Origin: Geosiphon pyriformis uo1
Taxonomy: Eukaryota > Fungi > Glomeromycota
DNA length: 64,000 bases
Assembly: GCA_016748015.1 (NCBI GenBank)
Contig: JAAOMT010000479.1
Span: forward strand, 275,824 to 339,823
Direction of reading: 5' to 3'
Shown: positions 39,460 through 51,807 of the stretch, one piece after another
How positions within the stretch are numbered: the stretch's first letter is position 1
Layout of the letters: each line of letters begins with the position of its first letter
Program-made: the position numbers and the translations under genes
The notes under the pieces: generated by a model
Database searches by the model: none
What the model was told of the DNA's origin: nothing
The model's input: the letters and a program-made list of their open reading frames with translations, nothing else

Positions 39460-40842
39460 TCAATTTAATGTGTTGTTGTCGATAATAACAATTGGTTCCA
39501 GATCTCATGGAATTTTATCTGGTTGGACTAGTATTCTCTGTACTCCTAATTGTGAGATATTACTGGTAGATGGTAGTGTGATGTTGTAATATGGTTTCAG
39601 TCGATCTTTATATGCTGCTTTGGTTAAAATTTTGTTATCTAGTCTTAATTTGTAAGCTCTATTTCCTAGAATTTCTTCTATGTGAAATAGTTCATCTTAT
39701 TTGGGGTCGAATTTTCCACTCTATTGTTTTTCCATTTTGGTACGATGTAAGAGTACTTTGTCTTCAATCTTGAATTCAACTGGTTTGTCTAGTAGTTAAC
39801 TATTATGTCTTTCTCTCTGTTTCTCTTGTGACTTTTGAATATTATCAGCTGCTCTTCTTTGTTTGTTTTCCAATGTTTCCATTAAGTCATATGTTCTTCT
39901 CAGCAATGTTTCTTGAAAATTTTCTTCTGTTATTGGTTCAGCTGGATATGTATTAATTTCTCTTTCTACTAATAATATTGCTGTTCTACCGTATACTAAT
40001 TCGAATGGTGTTGCTTGTGTAGTATCTTGCTTTATTGTCTAATAAGCAAATAATACTGATGGTATGAACAAATCCCATTTGTCCTGGTTTTTTTGGCTGA
40101 GTTTGGCAATTGCTTCACACAATGTTCTGTTGAATCTTTTGACTAATCCGTTGGTTTGTGGATGGTATGATGATAATAATGGTCTCTTAATTCCGAATCT
40201 TTGACTCAATTCTGTTAATGTTCTGTTCACAAAATGAGTTCCTTGGTCTGATAATAATTTCTTTGGACATCTGTGTTGACAAATTAAATCTTGATGAACA
40301 AATTTGACAACAGATTCTGCATCTGCTTTTTGAATTGCTTTTGCCTTTGGCCATTTAGTGAGATAGTCCATGGCTACTGCTATATATCTGTTTCCTCTGC
40401 TGGTAATTGTTAATAGCCTGACTAAATCAATTCCAATCCAGTCGAATGGTTGTCCCACTTTGATTGGTCTTAATGATTTACTGGGTCTTGTTCCTCCTCT
40501 TTGCTGACAAGCATCACAATTTTGAACATATTGGATAATGTCTGGATACATTGATGGTCAATAGTATCTTTTTCTGGTTTTTTCCATGATTGCTTCTTTG
40601 TGAAAGTGTCCGGCTGTTGGATTTGAGTGCATGTTGAATAATATTGTCTCTTTTTTTGGCTCTGTAATTACTCTGGTTGGCTGATCCGGATCCCTCCTAT
40701 TTTTCTAATAAAGTATATTTTGGTGAGTGATAAAATATTTTGATTGTTGTTTGATCCTCTTTCATTCTATTTGAGATAAATTCTTCTTAAACTGATGAGT
40801 GTTTATATAATGTTAGAGTTGTTAATATTTTTGTATGTTCAT
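39460..40842 (-). pseudogene. C2 integrase (separate ORF)
   Basis: ATG MNIQKY..., HSNPTAGH...CDAC, IGIDLV, SDQGTHF, YHPQTNGLVKRFN, C-terminal DRLKPYY. Confidence 0.9.
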
Positions 40843-40902
40843 CTTTTGTTATTTTTTGTTGGTATTGTTCTGGTTTTGTTATATTTTTGGGTTGAAATGT
40901 TT

Positions 40903-43900
40903 TTAGGTTTGTCTTATTTGTGACAAACCGTCAGCATTTCTGTTGTCTTTTCCTTTTTTATAATGTATAGTATAAGTATATTGTGATAGTGCCATTTTCT
41001 ATTTGGATTGGCAGCTGTTATCAAATTCTTGCTTTTGAAGTGATGTTAATCTTTTATGATCCATGTATATATCAAACTTTTGGCTCAAGTATTCATTCCA
41101 CTTCATGACTGCTCAATAGATTGCTAAATGTTCTAGTTCTGGTGTTTCATAGTTCTTTTTGGCTGGTGTTAGATCTTGACTGGCATATACTACTGGATGT
41201 TCTCTGCCATCTGGTTTCTTCTGAGATAGTACTGCTCCCAATGCTTGGCCTAATGCATCAGTAGTAATGATGAATGGTTTGTTGTGATCTGGATAAATCA
41301 GTACTAGAGCTTGAATGAACTTTCTTTTTAGAATATCAAAAGCTTCTTGTTGACTTTCTGTCTATTTATATTTGGTATTCTTGGTTTGCAGATTATTGAG
41401 CGGTTGAGCTATCTTTAAAAAGTTCTTTATAAAGCGTCAATAATAGCTTGTGAATTTCAAGAATGATTTTAATTCAGTCACATTGGTTGGTATTGGAAAG
41501 TTTTTTACTATCTCTATTTTCTCTGGATCTGTTTTGATGCCATTTTTACTGACTATGTGTCCCAAAAATTTTAGTTCTGTTTTGCCAAAGAAGCACTTTG
41601 TTGTATTTAACTTTAGTCCTGCTCTTCTTAACCTTTCGAACACTTGTTGAAGATGATGAAGGTGATTATCAAATGTTTTTGAGAATACATTGGTGTCATT
41701 CAAGTATACAACTACTAATTTCTACAATAAGCCAGTATAAACAATTTTCATTAGCCATTGGAAAGTGGCTGAGACATTGGTTAAGCCAAATGGCATCACT
41801 TCAAATTCAAAATTTCCTTCTCTCATGGTGAATGCTGTCTTCTCTTTGTCAGCTAGATTTATGGCTACTTGCCAATAACCACTGTCCAAGTCTAATGTTG
41901 AGAACCATTTGTTTCCACTGAAAGCATCAAATAATTCCTGTATTTGTGGAGTTGGATAGCTGTCTCCATAAGTTATACTGTTAAGTTTTCTGTAGTCCAC
42001 ACAAAATCAGATTTTCCCATTCTTTTTATGAACAAGTACTACTGGTGACAACTATGGGCTCATTGATAGTTGAATTAGCCCATTGTCAAGCATCTGGTTT
42101 ATCTCTTGACGAATGATTTCATGTCTGGCTGGTGGCACTCTGTATGCTTTTTGTTTAATTGGCATTGCATCTCCAGTCTTGATCTGATGCTGAATGATGT
42201 TAATTCGGCCAAACTCGTTTTCACTGGCAAAAATGTCCTTGAAATTGTTGAGCAACATCTTGAGCTGCATACATTGGAGTGGATCTAAGTTTCCCATGTT
42301 TATTTGTTCCAATTGTTCTGGTTGGAGTAAATAACATTTGTCTCATCCATAGATTGTTTGTGATGTGATATCAACATATCCACAAAGTTGTGGAAAGTCT
42401 AGAATGGGGTTTGGTAGTTGGTCTTCTATTTCTGTGGTTAAATATCTGATGGTAGTTCTTTCTGGTATGTTGATGACATTGCCAGTGTTGTTGTAGATAG
42501 GAATTTTTATGTGGCTATAGCTTTTGGCTGGTATGTGGAGATTGATCAGTTCAATCTCTCCTGATTCACAAAGGCTTGCTTCAGCTTCAAAAATCTGTTC
42601 TTGCTCTTTTTCCTTCCTTTCTATTGCTAGCATGTACTGGCTATATGGTAGAATAGAAATAGCTTGACCAGTTGAGATAATTTCTCCTTGGCCAACAATT
42701 TTTTCCTCTGCCATATTAACTGGTACATTTATTCTACCTGTTGATCCAAATCCCTGTATCCCTCTTGCTGTTATTCCTAACTTTTTCCTGTTTCCCATTG
42801 GTACTAACTGAGCTATCTTAACCAAAAGTAAGAATATTGCCTGGGCTATCTTTTTATTTGGCTCTATTATATAGGCCTTGTTTGAGTCATTTTGTAGCAT
42901 AGCAATAATATTTTCTACATATCCCGTATCAATTATTCCTCCTTTTATATTAATCCCTCTTTTTGCTAAACTACTTCTAGATGCTAATTGAACCATTGTT
43001 GTTGCTGGAATTTTCAGTGCTATTTTCAAATCGATGCAGGTACGCATATGTGGTTCTAATTTAATGGCTTCTGTTCTCGGATATCTCAGATTAAATCCTG
43101 TATCAGTATCATGCACATGTTCTGGCATAATACCTTCATTATTATCACTGAATCATTTCAGTTCTTGTTCCTTGGTAAGGTCAGGAAGTGTGATATATTG
43201 TTCATAGTTTGAATCGGAGTTTGAATCTGAGTTAATATCATTGTTATTGTTATTGCCATTTGGAATGGAGCTGGAACCATTATTCTCGTCGTCGTCATTG
43301 TCGGGGTTTAAATCGAGATCAAATGGCAATTCCAATTCCAATGTGCAGCTGCTAATTGGTCTTTCCTCTTTAGGGATTGTGTAGATTATGTGTGGTAATG
43401 GATTGTAAATGAGGTCACAATCATCATAATATTCAAAGTCACTGGAAATTAAACAATGGCGACACAGTCTTGTATTCAACTGTGCTAGCCATTGTTCTTG
43501 CTCTTCTCTAGTGGGTGCCAAGTTTTGGTAGTGTTCATGGAATTCTTCTGGTTCCAGAAAATTTATGACTGGCTCTACATCCCAGTTAAGCTCGATGAGT
43601 TCTGGTGGATTGTTTTTGATTTCTCTGATCTCTTCGGATGTCGCTTCTTCTATTTTGCTGATTGCCATTCTCCAAATTTTGTCATCGTCATGTGGACAAC
43701 TGTTCAGGTACTACATGGCTCTTCTTCAGGCTGCTTCTATTGGTGTTCCTTTCTTTATCCAGTCGCTTATTAGAATCGTGTATTGACATGACATGTTACA
43801 TGTTCCTCCACATTCTGGGATGTCATTCCACATCCCTTCATCTAACAGGGTCTCCTCACAAGCAAGACAAGGTTGGTTATCCCATTTTTCTTGTCTCTTT

Positions 43901-46900
43901 GGTCATCCAAAGCATTCAAGTAAGCATAGATGACAGTAGAACTTTGTTGTGGTATGGTATTCCTCATCATTGCCACAGCATGTGCCTATTGATGACAGTT
44001 TCTTGCCACAATCAATGCATACAAGTCTTGGCCATCGATAATTAAATTGTTGTGGAGTGTAGAAATTATACATGGTAGCAGTTAGTGGTATTCTTTTTTC
44101 CTTTTCTTTTTTTTTTCCCTTATCTTCATTCTATTTCCAACTGAAGGCTTCTTCTTGTTCATTGTTGGTCCAAGTCAGATTGTTGGTTTCCTAAGTAAGT
44201 TTGTTTGTTTGTTTCTCTTTCCCATTGTCATCTCAAGAGAGTATTGGTGGCAGTTCGTTGTGTTCTTTGTCAGCCCATGACACTTGGTAGGCTTCCCAGG
44301 TAGGTTTTGGTTTCTCTTCCTCGAAATTGATTAGTGGTGCCATGGTGTTGGTAGCCTTAAAGTGGCCACATGTTGCTGGTATTTGTGTGTGTTACCTGTT
44401 CTGGCTAAGTTGAAGCTCTTGTGTATTCCAGTCCAGAGTGGCATTTATCTTGGACACTCTATTAGCTGTGATGATTCTGGTGCTAGCAGCTCAATCAACT
44501 CGGTGACCTAATTGATCCATAAGTTGTCATGTGATGATGCTGCCTGCTAAACCACTGTCAAGAATTAGTTTAATGAGATGGCCATCAATTTTCGCATCAG
44601 TGTATATAATGGTAACTGGCTTATTTTCCAGTGCGGCTCCACTAAATAATGACATGGTTGACAGTTCCTCGAATTCAAATGGGAAAATGGTGTTCAGTAA
44701 TTTGTCATTGGTGACTGTTGCTGGTAGAATATTGCTGGTACGTGTTTGTTGTTTTTGGGTGGATTTCTGGTTGCTGGGTGAGGCGTTTTCTGGGGTAACC
44801 AGAAGACTTAAATAGTTTTGGGAATTTGGGTTTTGGGGATTCCCAGTGCCTGAATTCCATTGACAAGATCCTGTTTGACTGAAGAAGCTGGGGATTGGCT
44901 GATGAACTACCATTGACAATCTCCAGTTTTGCTGCGTGATTCTTGGTCTTTGGACTCTACTGGCCAGTAAGTTTTGTGGCAGGGTCTGAATCATTTGGGG
45001 TTGATAGATTGTTGGCAGTTGTGGTTGATATATTACCTGTGGCTGTGACTGATAAATTGGGGCCGTTGGTTGATAAATTGAAGCTTGATATACTGATGGT
45101 TGATAAATTGATTGCTGCATCATTGGCAAGTAAGTAGTTTGATATTGTGTTGAGTTTGATTGATGATTCGGAATTGAGAACTGGTGATCGGGGTTTCAAT
45201 ATTGATTTCCTGATTATTGGTTATTTAAACGCTGATGGCAGTTGATTTGAATATGTCCTTGTTTATCACAATAGTGGCAGATATGCATTTTTTGTTGCCA
45301 TTGTTGATTGGTTGATGAAGATAGACGTGGTTGATTTTGGCCACAATTAGAGTTTTCTTGATTATTGTATTATTGTAGAGACTGATAAATGGCATAATTG
45401 TCAGCTAAATATCCTTCCAATTTCTTATTAATTGATTTACTAAACTTCTCCAATTTGGAATCCAATTCAGATGATCCGTTCATTACTAGATTAACAGCTT
45501 GGGTGTGATTGGCCTCTAATTTAGTGGATTCAAAATCTTTGGCGCATGTAACTGCGTCTTGAAGTGTGCCTGGATGCAACAGACATACATGTTGCAGGAT
45601 GCTGCTGTGCAGGCCACGGATAAACTGGTTGAGGATCTGTGGTGCTGTGAAATAGTTGGCGTCAATTGTTTGAATTTGGCACAGATTTCGATGGAAGTGT
45701 CCCAGGTAAGTGGTGACTGCTTCAGTTTCTCTTTGTTTCATGGTGGTGAATGTGTTGACTAGGCAATTGATGCTGTTATTATTGCTGAAATATCTTAGGA
45801 ATTCCACTTTGAAGGCATCAAAATCTTGTGGTTTATTAATCAAGCTCTGGTACTATGAATTGATGGTATCCTTGAGAAAGTAGGAAATGGTTTGCATTGC
45901 CTGGGCATTATTCCATCTGTTGGCTGCAATGGCTTTTTCTACATCATTCAACCATACTTGAGCATTGTCTTCTTCACTGATAAAGTTGTTAAGTTTTGCA
46001 ATTGGTGCATAGGCCATTGGATCTAAGTTGGGTGGTTGTGGTGGCTGTTGAAATGATTGTTGAAAAGATAATGGTTGTTGGGGTGGTACTTGAAGTGGTT
46101 GAATTGGCTCAATTGGTGGTTAATTGATAACAATAACTGGAGGTAGATTTTGCTGATGAATTAACTTAGGGTTTTGATTTCTTTGATTTGGCAGGTTCGG
46201 ATATTCGGAGTTTTGATTTCCGAATTTTCTAAATGTTGCTGAGTTTGAATGTTTGGGTTTTCTAGGATTGGATTTTGGTAATTAAATTCCTGATCTTTGT
46301 CTTCTTTTTCTTCTGATTCAATAATTTCCCAGGGGCTGATGGTTCTGAAATCTGGCTGATAAGATGGTAATTGAAATCCTGATGGTATTGGCAATCTTGA
46401 TTTAAATCCTTCAAAATAATTGCTGTATGCTCCTAATAGTTTGTTTTTCTTTTGTTTACTCTGAAATGCAATTCTTACTAGTGGCATCTTTGTACTGGTG
46501 GATGCATCTGCTGATGTAATGTTAATGGTACTTCCAGACATGTAATGGTATGATGGGTATATCAGAGATTCAATTCTTTGTTTCTTCCAGTTAGGAATTT
46601 GTATTTCTTTGGGTGTTACTGCTGATGTCTGTAGTTTTCCTTTGCCTTTGTTCTGGTAAGTAATAGAGAATGTTCTTTGTGTATATTTTTCAATTTTTTG
46701 GTTGATTTCTCTGATGATGAGTGCAAAACTGTGATTTTTGGGTAAGTTGGTGTGTTGGATTAGTTCCAAATAGAAATTTTTTCTTGCTGATTCAATGTCA
46801 ACTGGTCTTCCTAGGAAATCTGTGATTCTTTCATTGACATAGAAGTTAAAAGCTGATACTGCTGAGTAATAGTTGTTGTTTAGGCCTAGCTGCTGGCTGT

Positions 46901-46964
46901 ACTGTTGAAATAAGGATTTTGCGAATCCTAGATGGTTTGTTCCTATTATCTCTAATTCTGCCAC
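40903..46964 (-). pseudogene. C2 gag-pol polyprotein (Gag-PR-Cys fingers-dUTPase-RT-RH)
   Basis: Knuckle CHYCDKQGHIQINC continues in frame to LILDSG. RT DLDSGYWQ, MPFGLTN, YLND. RH TDALG...NADGLS. Confidence 0.9.
42733..43128 (-). CDS. dut: C2 dUTPase domain (trimeric type) within pol
   Basis: All five motifs in order: TGFNL, SRSSLA, GIIDTGY, KIAQ, RGIQGFGSTG. Confidence 0.92.
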
Positions 46965-47825
46965 TTTTGGTTTGGTGTTGTCAGTGCTGGTTTTTTGTAG
47001 AACTATACCTCACAGGGAGCACCAAATGTTACAGTTGAATTATTTGGAATCTCAAGTCAAATAACAAACTCATAACTTGGTGCTCAAAAGCTATTTTCAT
47101 CAATAATATTCTGAAAATGTTGTATCTGAAGGTTTTGATAGAGTTCTTTGTATAATAGACAGAGATCCAATAGTGCGGCGATTTGTCATTTGTTGTCAGT
47201 TGTTTTCCAATTTCTTTTTCAGCTTGGTGGCCAGATTTATTCTGGCAGTTGTGCCCTTCTGGTAAGCTAACTGATAATATATATAAATTTACCCTTATTT
47301 CTGGGTTTTTTACCAGGCTATCTGTGACGTCAATAACTCAGCACTTTTAATCCTCAATCAATTAGTAGGCACAATAGAATCAAAGAAAAAATAAAATAAA
47401 ATAAAGAAATTAATAATGATGAAGATAAGCCAAAGCAATTTGGTAAGTTAGTATCTCGTTAATAGCCATGATCAAGAGCTATTGTTCTAGCATGGTTAGG
47501 TATCAATTATTATCAACATGAAGTGTTGATAATGGAGAGTGTATTGAGATATAAAATAATTATTTATTTAATAATTGGGAATTGGAAGATTGCTTAGATT
47601 AAATCTAAACTAAAAGGTCTGTCTTTTTAGCTTCTAATCCTGCTGCTATATATACATAATTGAGATTCCTCAATTTCTTGATTCTTCATGACAGGAATCC
47701 TAAAATTCCTGGAATCCTGCAATTTTTTTGAGAGGAATTCTGGAATTCCACATTTTACTATGCCTACTTTTGATTGGCTACTAATCATGCTAATATATTT
47801 TCTATATTTCTATAAATAACACTAT

Positions 47826-48783
47826 AAAACCAAAAGACAAAGAAAAAACCACATTTACCACAAGAGAAAGGAATTTTGAATTTAAAGTGATGTTATTTGG
47901 TTTAACTAATGCACCAGCCATCTTTCAATGACTCATGGAAATTGTTTATATCAGACTACTATGGAAATCAGTAGTTATTTATTTAAATGACACCAATGTA
48001 TTTTCAAAGACATTTGATGATTATTTTTATCATCTACAACAAGTGTTCAAAAGACTGAAACAAATAGAACTAAAGTTAAATACCACCAAATGCTTCTTTG
48101 GCAAAACAGAATTGAGATTTTTGGAACATGTTATAAGCAAAAACGGCATCAAAACAGATTTAAATAAGATTAAAATAGTAAAGAACTTTTCAGTATCAAT
48201 GAATTTGACAGAACTATAAGCATTCTTAGAATTTGCTGGATATTACTACTATTTTATCCAAAACTTCTTTAAACTGGCTCAACCACTTTACCAGCTCCAA
48301 GCCAAGAATGTGAAATATGAATAGACTAAAGCTTAGCAAGAAGCTTTTGACATTTTAAGAAAAAAACTTATTCAAGTCTTAGTACTAATTTATTCAGATT
48401 ACAGCAAGCCATTTATCATTATTATTGATGCATTTGATTAAGCATTGAAAGCAGTACTATCTCAGAAAGAACCAGATAGATAAGAACATCTAGTAGCATA
48501 TACCAGTTAAAGTTTGAGTTCAGCAAAAAAGAACTATAAAACACCAGCACTAGAACACTTAACTATTTATTAAACAGTCATCAAATAGAAAAAGTATTTA
48601 AGCCAGAAGTTTGAAGTATACACTAATCACAAAGGGCTAAAATCAATCCAAAAGCAAGAACATGAAAATAACTGCCATGTTAGATAGAAAATAAAACTTT
48701 CATCATTCAAATATACAGTATATTATAAAAAAGAGAAAAAAAACAGAAATTCTAATAAGTTGTTGTGAATGAAACAAATCTAA
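47826..48783 (+). pseudogene. C1 RT (3' half) and RNase H; the 5' half lies at ~37440-37883
   Basis: FGLTNAPA, YLND, IDAFD and HLVAYTS relics. Confidence 0.82.
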
Positions 48784-48813
48784 GAACAATTAAACCCAAA
48801 AATATAACAAAAG

Positions 48814-50196
48814 ATGAATACACAAAAATATCAACAATTTTAATTTTATATCAATACTCAGCAGTTCAAAAAGAAATTATCTTAAAAAAAACAAAACAAC
48901 ATAAAACAACAATCAAAATATTTTATCACTTACCAAAATATACTATATTGAAAAAACAAAAAAAATTCAGAACAACCACTCAGAGTAATCACAAAACCAA
49001 AAAGAGAAATAATACTATTCAACATGTACTTAAATCTAACAGCAAGATATTTTTATAAAGAAGCAATTATGGAAAGAACCAAGAAAAAATATTATTAGTT
49101 ATTAATGTATCCAAATATCATCTAATATGTTTAAAACTGTAATGCTTATTAGAGAAGAGAAGGAACAAGATCCAGTAAACTATTAAAACTAATCAAAGTA
49201 AGACAACTATTTAATTAAATTGGAATTAACTTAGTCAGACTGTTAACAATAACCAATAGAGACAATTATTATATAGTAATAGCCATAGACTATCTTACAA
49301 AGTGGCCAGAAGCAAAAACAATTTAAAAAGCAAATGCAGAATCTGTAGCCAAATTCGTTTATTAAGATTTGATTTACCAACACAGATGTCCAAAAAAATT
49401 GTTATCAAATCAAGAAACTTATTTTGTAAACAAAACATTAACAAAATTAAGCCAAGGATTTGGAATCAAAAGATTATTATTATTATCATATCATCCACAA
49501 ACAAACAGTTTAGTTGAAAAGTTCAACAGAACTTTATGTAAAGCAATTGCAAAAATTAGTCAAGAAAACCAGAACAAATAGGATCTGTTTATACTATCAG
49601 TACTATTTGCTTATCAAATAATAAAACAAAATACCACACAAACAATATTATTTAAACTTGTTTATAGTAGAACAGCAACATTACCAGTTGAGATAAAAGT
49701 CAATATGTATCCAATTAAACCAATAATAAAAGACAACTTTTAAAAAACATTGCTAAAAAGAATATATGACTTAATAGAAACTCTAAAAAACAAAAGATAA
49801 AAAGCAGCTAGCAATATACAAAAGTTATAAAAAAAGCAAAAAGAGTAATATGATAACTAACTACCAAACAAACCAGTTGAATTCAAGATTGAAGACAAAG
49901 TATTTTTATATTGTACCAAAATGAAAAAACAATGGAGTGAAAAATTTGACCCCAAATGAGATAGATCATTCTATATTGAAAAAATTCTAGGAAATAGAGC
50001 TTATAAGCTAAGATAGAACAACAAAATTTTAACTAAAACAGTATATAAAGATCGACTAAAACCATATCACAATACAATATTATTATTTATCAGTAATATT
50101 TCACAACTGAAAGTACAATGAATATTAGTCCAACCAGATAAAATTTCATAAGATCTAAAACCAATTATAATCATCAATACAAACATGTCAAATTGA
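48814..50196 (+). pseudogene. C1 integrase (separate ORF)
   Basis: ATG MNTQKY..., DYLTKWPEA, YHPQTNSLVEKFN, DRLKPY. Confidence 0.82.
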
Positions 50197-50248
50197 TCAA
50201 CCAGAATAATATATAAAAACACAATATACATAATAAAAGCAATAATAA

Positions 50249-50884
50249 ATGATAAAAATTACTGATAACATTTACTCACTCATACAACAACTATTCCAAT
50301 TAATACAACAACAAAACATGAAAATCACAATCAACCAACAAACCATTTGGTACAAAGATAATAATAAAAAATCCAATACAAAGCACATAGAAAACCAAAA
50401 AACACTATAGACAAGATAATAGCAAAAGTAAAATTGTTAATGAAAATATCAAAAACAGTTGTACTATACCAAAAATTGATGAAAAAAACTTGGAATTGGT
50501 GGATACAACAATTTCCAAAAAACTTTTGTTATTATCACTTGGAACAAAACCTGAATATTTAGAACTTGTACACTAACAAAACAAAACAGTTATTTAATAC
50601 AACAATACTACAACAACTTAAAAAATTTGTGAAGAAAAACAATTTGTTTACACAGGCATAAATTATATATTGGCTACACACAGGATTTCAAGATTGACCA
50701 GCAATACTACTTTAATCTAGTAATAGATACAGTTATTACTAACCAATTGGGTAAAATAACCAATGCCTAATTTAAAAAATTACAAATCAAAATAACCTAA
50801 GTAATTCTCAAAAAAGAAGTTCAAGAGTTAATCAAAGATGGAGAATTAGAAGATATAAGAGATCTTAATAGAGCTCAATATTAA
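50249..50884 (+). pseudogene. C1 ORF3
   Basis: MIKITDNIYSLIQQLFQL...TWNWWIQQFPKNFCYYHL, colinear with C2 ORF3. Confidence 0.7.
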
Positions 50885-50897
50885 AAGGAGAGAATAA

Positions 50898-51807
50898 TGT
50901 TACTCATAAAATATAGAAATTATATATTAGTACATAAATTAGCCAATTAGAATAAAACATAGTAAAAGTAGAATTTCAGGATTTTTTTTAGAGGAATTAC
51001 AGGATTTTAGAATTACAGGATTCTTATATGAAGAATTACAGGATTTCAGAATTCCAGAATTCTTTGCAAGTAATTACAGAATTTCAGAAATTCCAAGATT
51101 TCTGGCTAGAGAATTAAGGAATTCAAAAAATTTCATATAATGAATTTATGTATATATAGTGGTAGAGTTAGAAGCAAAAAAGACAGAATTCTTAGCTTAG
51201 AACTTCCAGCTCTAATTCTATAACCATTTCTTTATACTATAGTATTCTATGACTTGAAATAAAAACATTAAATATCAATAAAAAATATTTGTTACTATTG
51301 TAAACTATCTTGCTATTATCAACAATTCATGTTAATAATTATTGATACTTAACTATACTGGACCAATAGTTTTTGATTATGGCTATTAACAGAATACTAA
51401 TTTTTTTTTGCCTTGGTTAATTTTTTTTATGTTTTTTATTTTATTTTGTTTCTTTATTTTGTTTTGTTGTTTACTAATTGATTAAAGATTAAGCACTGAG
51501 TTATTGATGTCAAAAATTGTCTGATAAAAGACTCCTGTAAAAGGGTAGATACTTGAATTTAAAAATTACTTACCAGAGGATTACCAGCCATTAAGCTGAA
51601 AAAAAAATTGATGAAATTGCAATTCTAAAAGACTATTGAAAACAATTATTAAATCTTTGTTCATTATACAAAGGGCTCTACTAAAACCTTCAAATATGAA
51701 AACTTTTAAATACAAAAACCTTCAGAAATTATCCATTTTTCAAGATATTATACACCAAGTTATGAGTTTGTTATTTGTTTTAACATCCCAAATAATCACC
51801 TATAATA
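50898..51807 (+). repeat. C1 3' LTR
   Basis: Direct repeat of 24267-25141, followed by TSD TCAT. Confidence 0.9.

Larger units (their letters stand above)
37884..47821 (-). mobile_element. Full-length dUTPase-containing Gypsy element C2, inserted antisense in the C1 RT
   Basis: 3' LTR 37884-38762, 5' LTR 47027-47821, TSD CCAT/CTAT, PBS 47008-47024, PPT 38763-38778. C1 RT reads YWQIAI | KPKDKEKT across it. Confidence 0.95.
24267..51807 (+). mobile_element. Full-length dUTPase-containing Gypsy element C1, hosting B2 and C2
   Basis: LTRs 24267-25141 and 50898-51807, TSD TCAT, PBS 25144-25160, PPT AAAAGGAGAGAATAA at 50883-50897. Confidence 0.92.

Noticed and set aside
37884-51807. Inverted C1/C2 homology as an assembly artefact or inversion
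   Set aside because: C2 has its own LTR pair and TSD, and the C1 RT frame rejoins across it.
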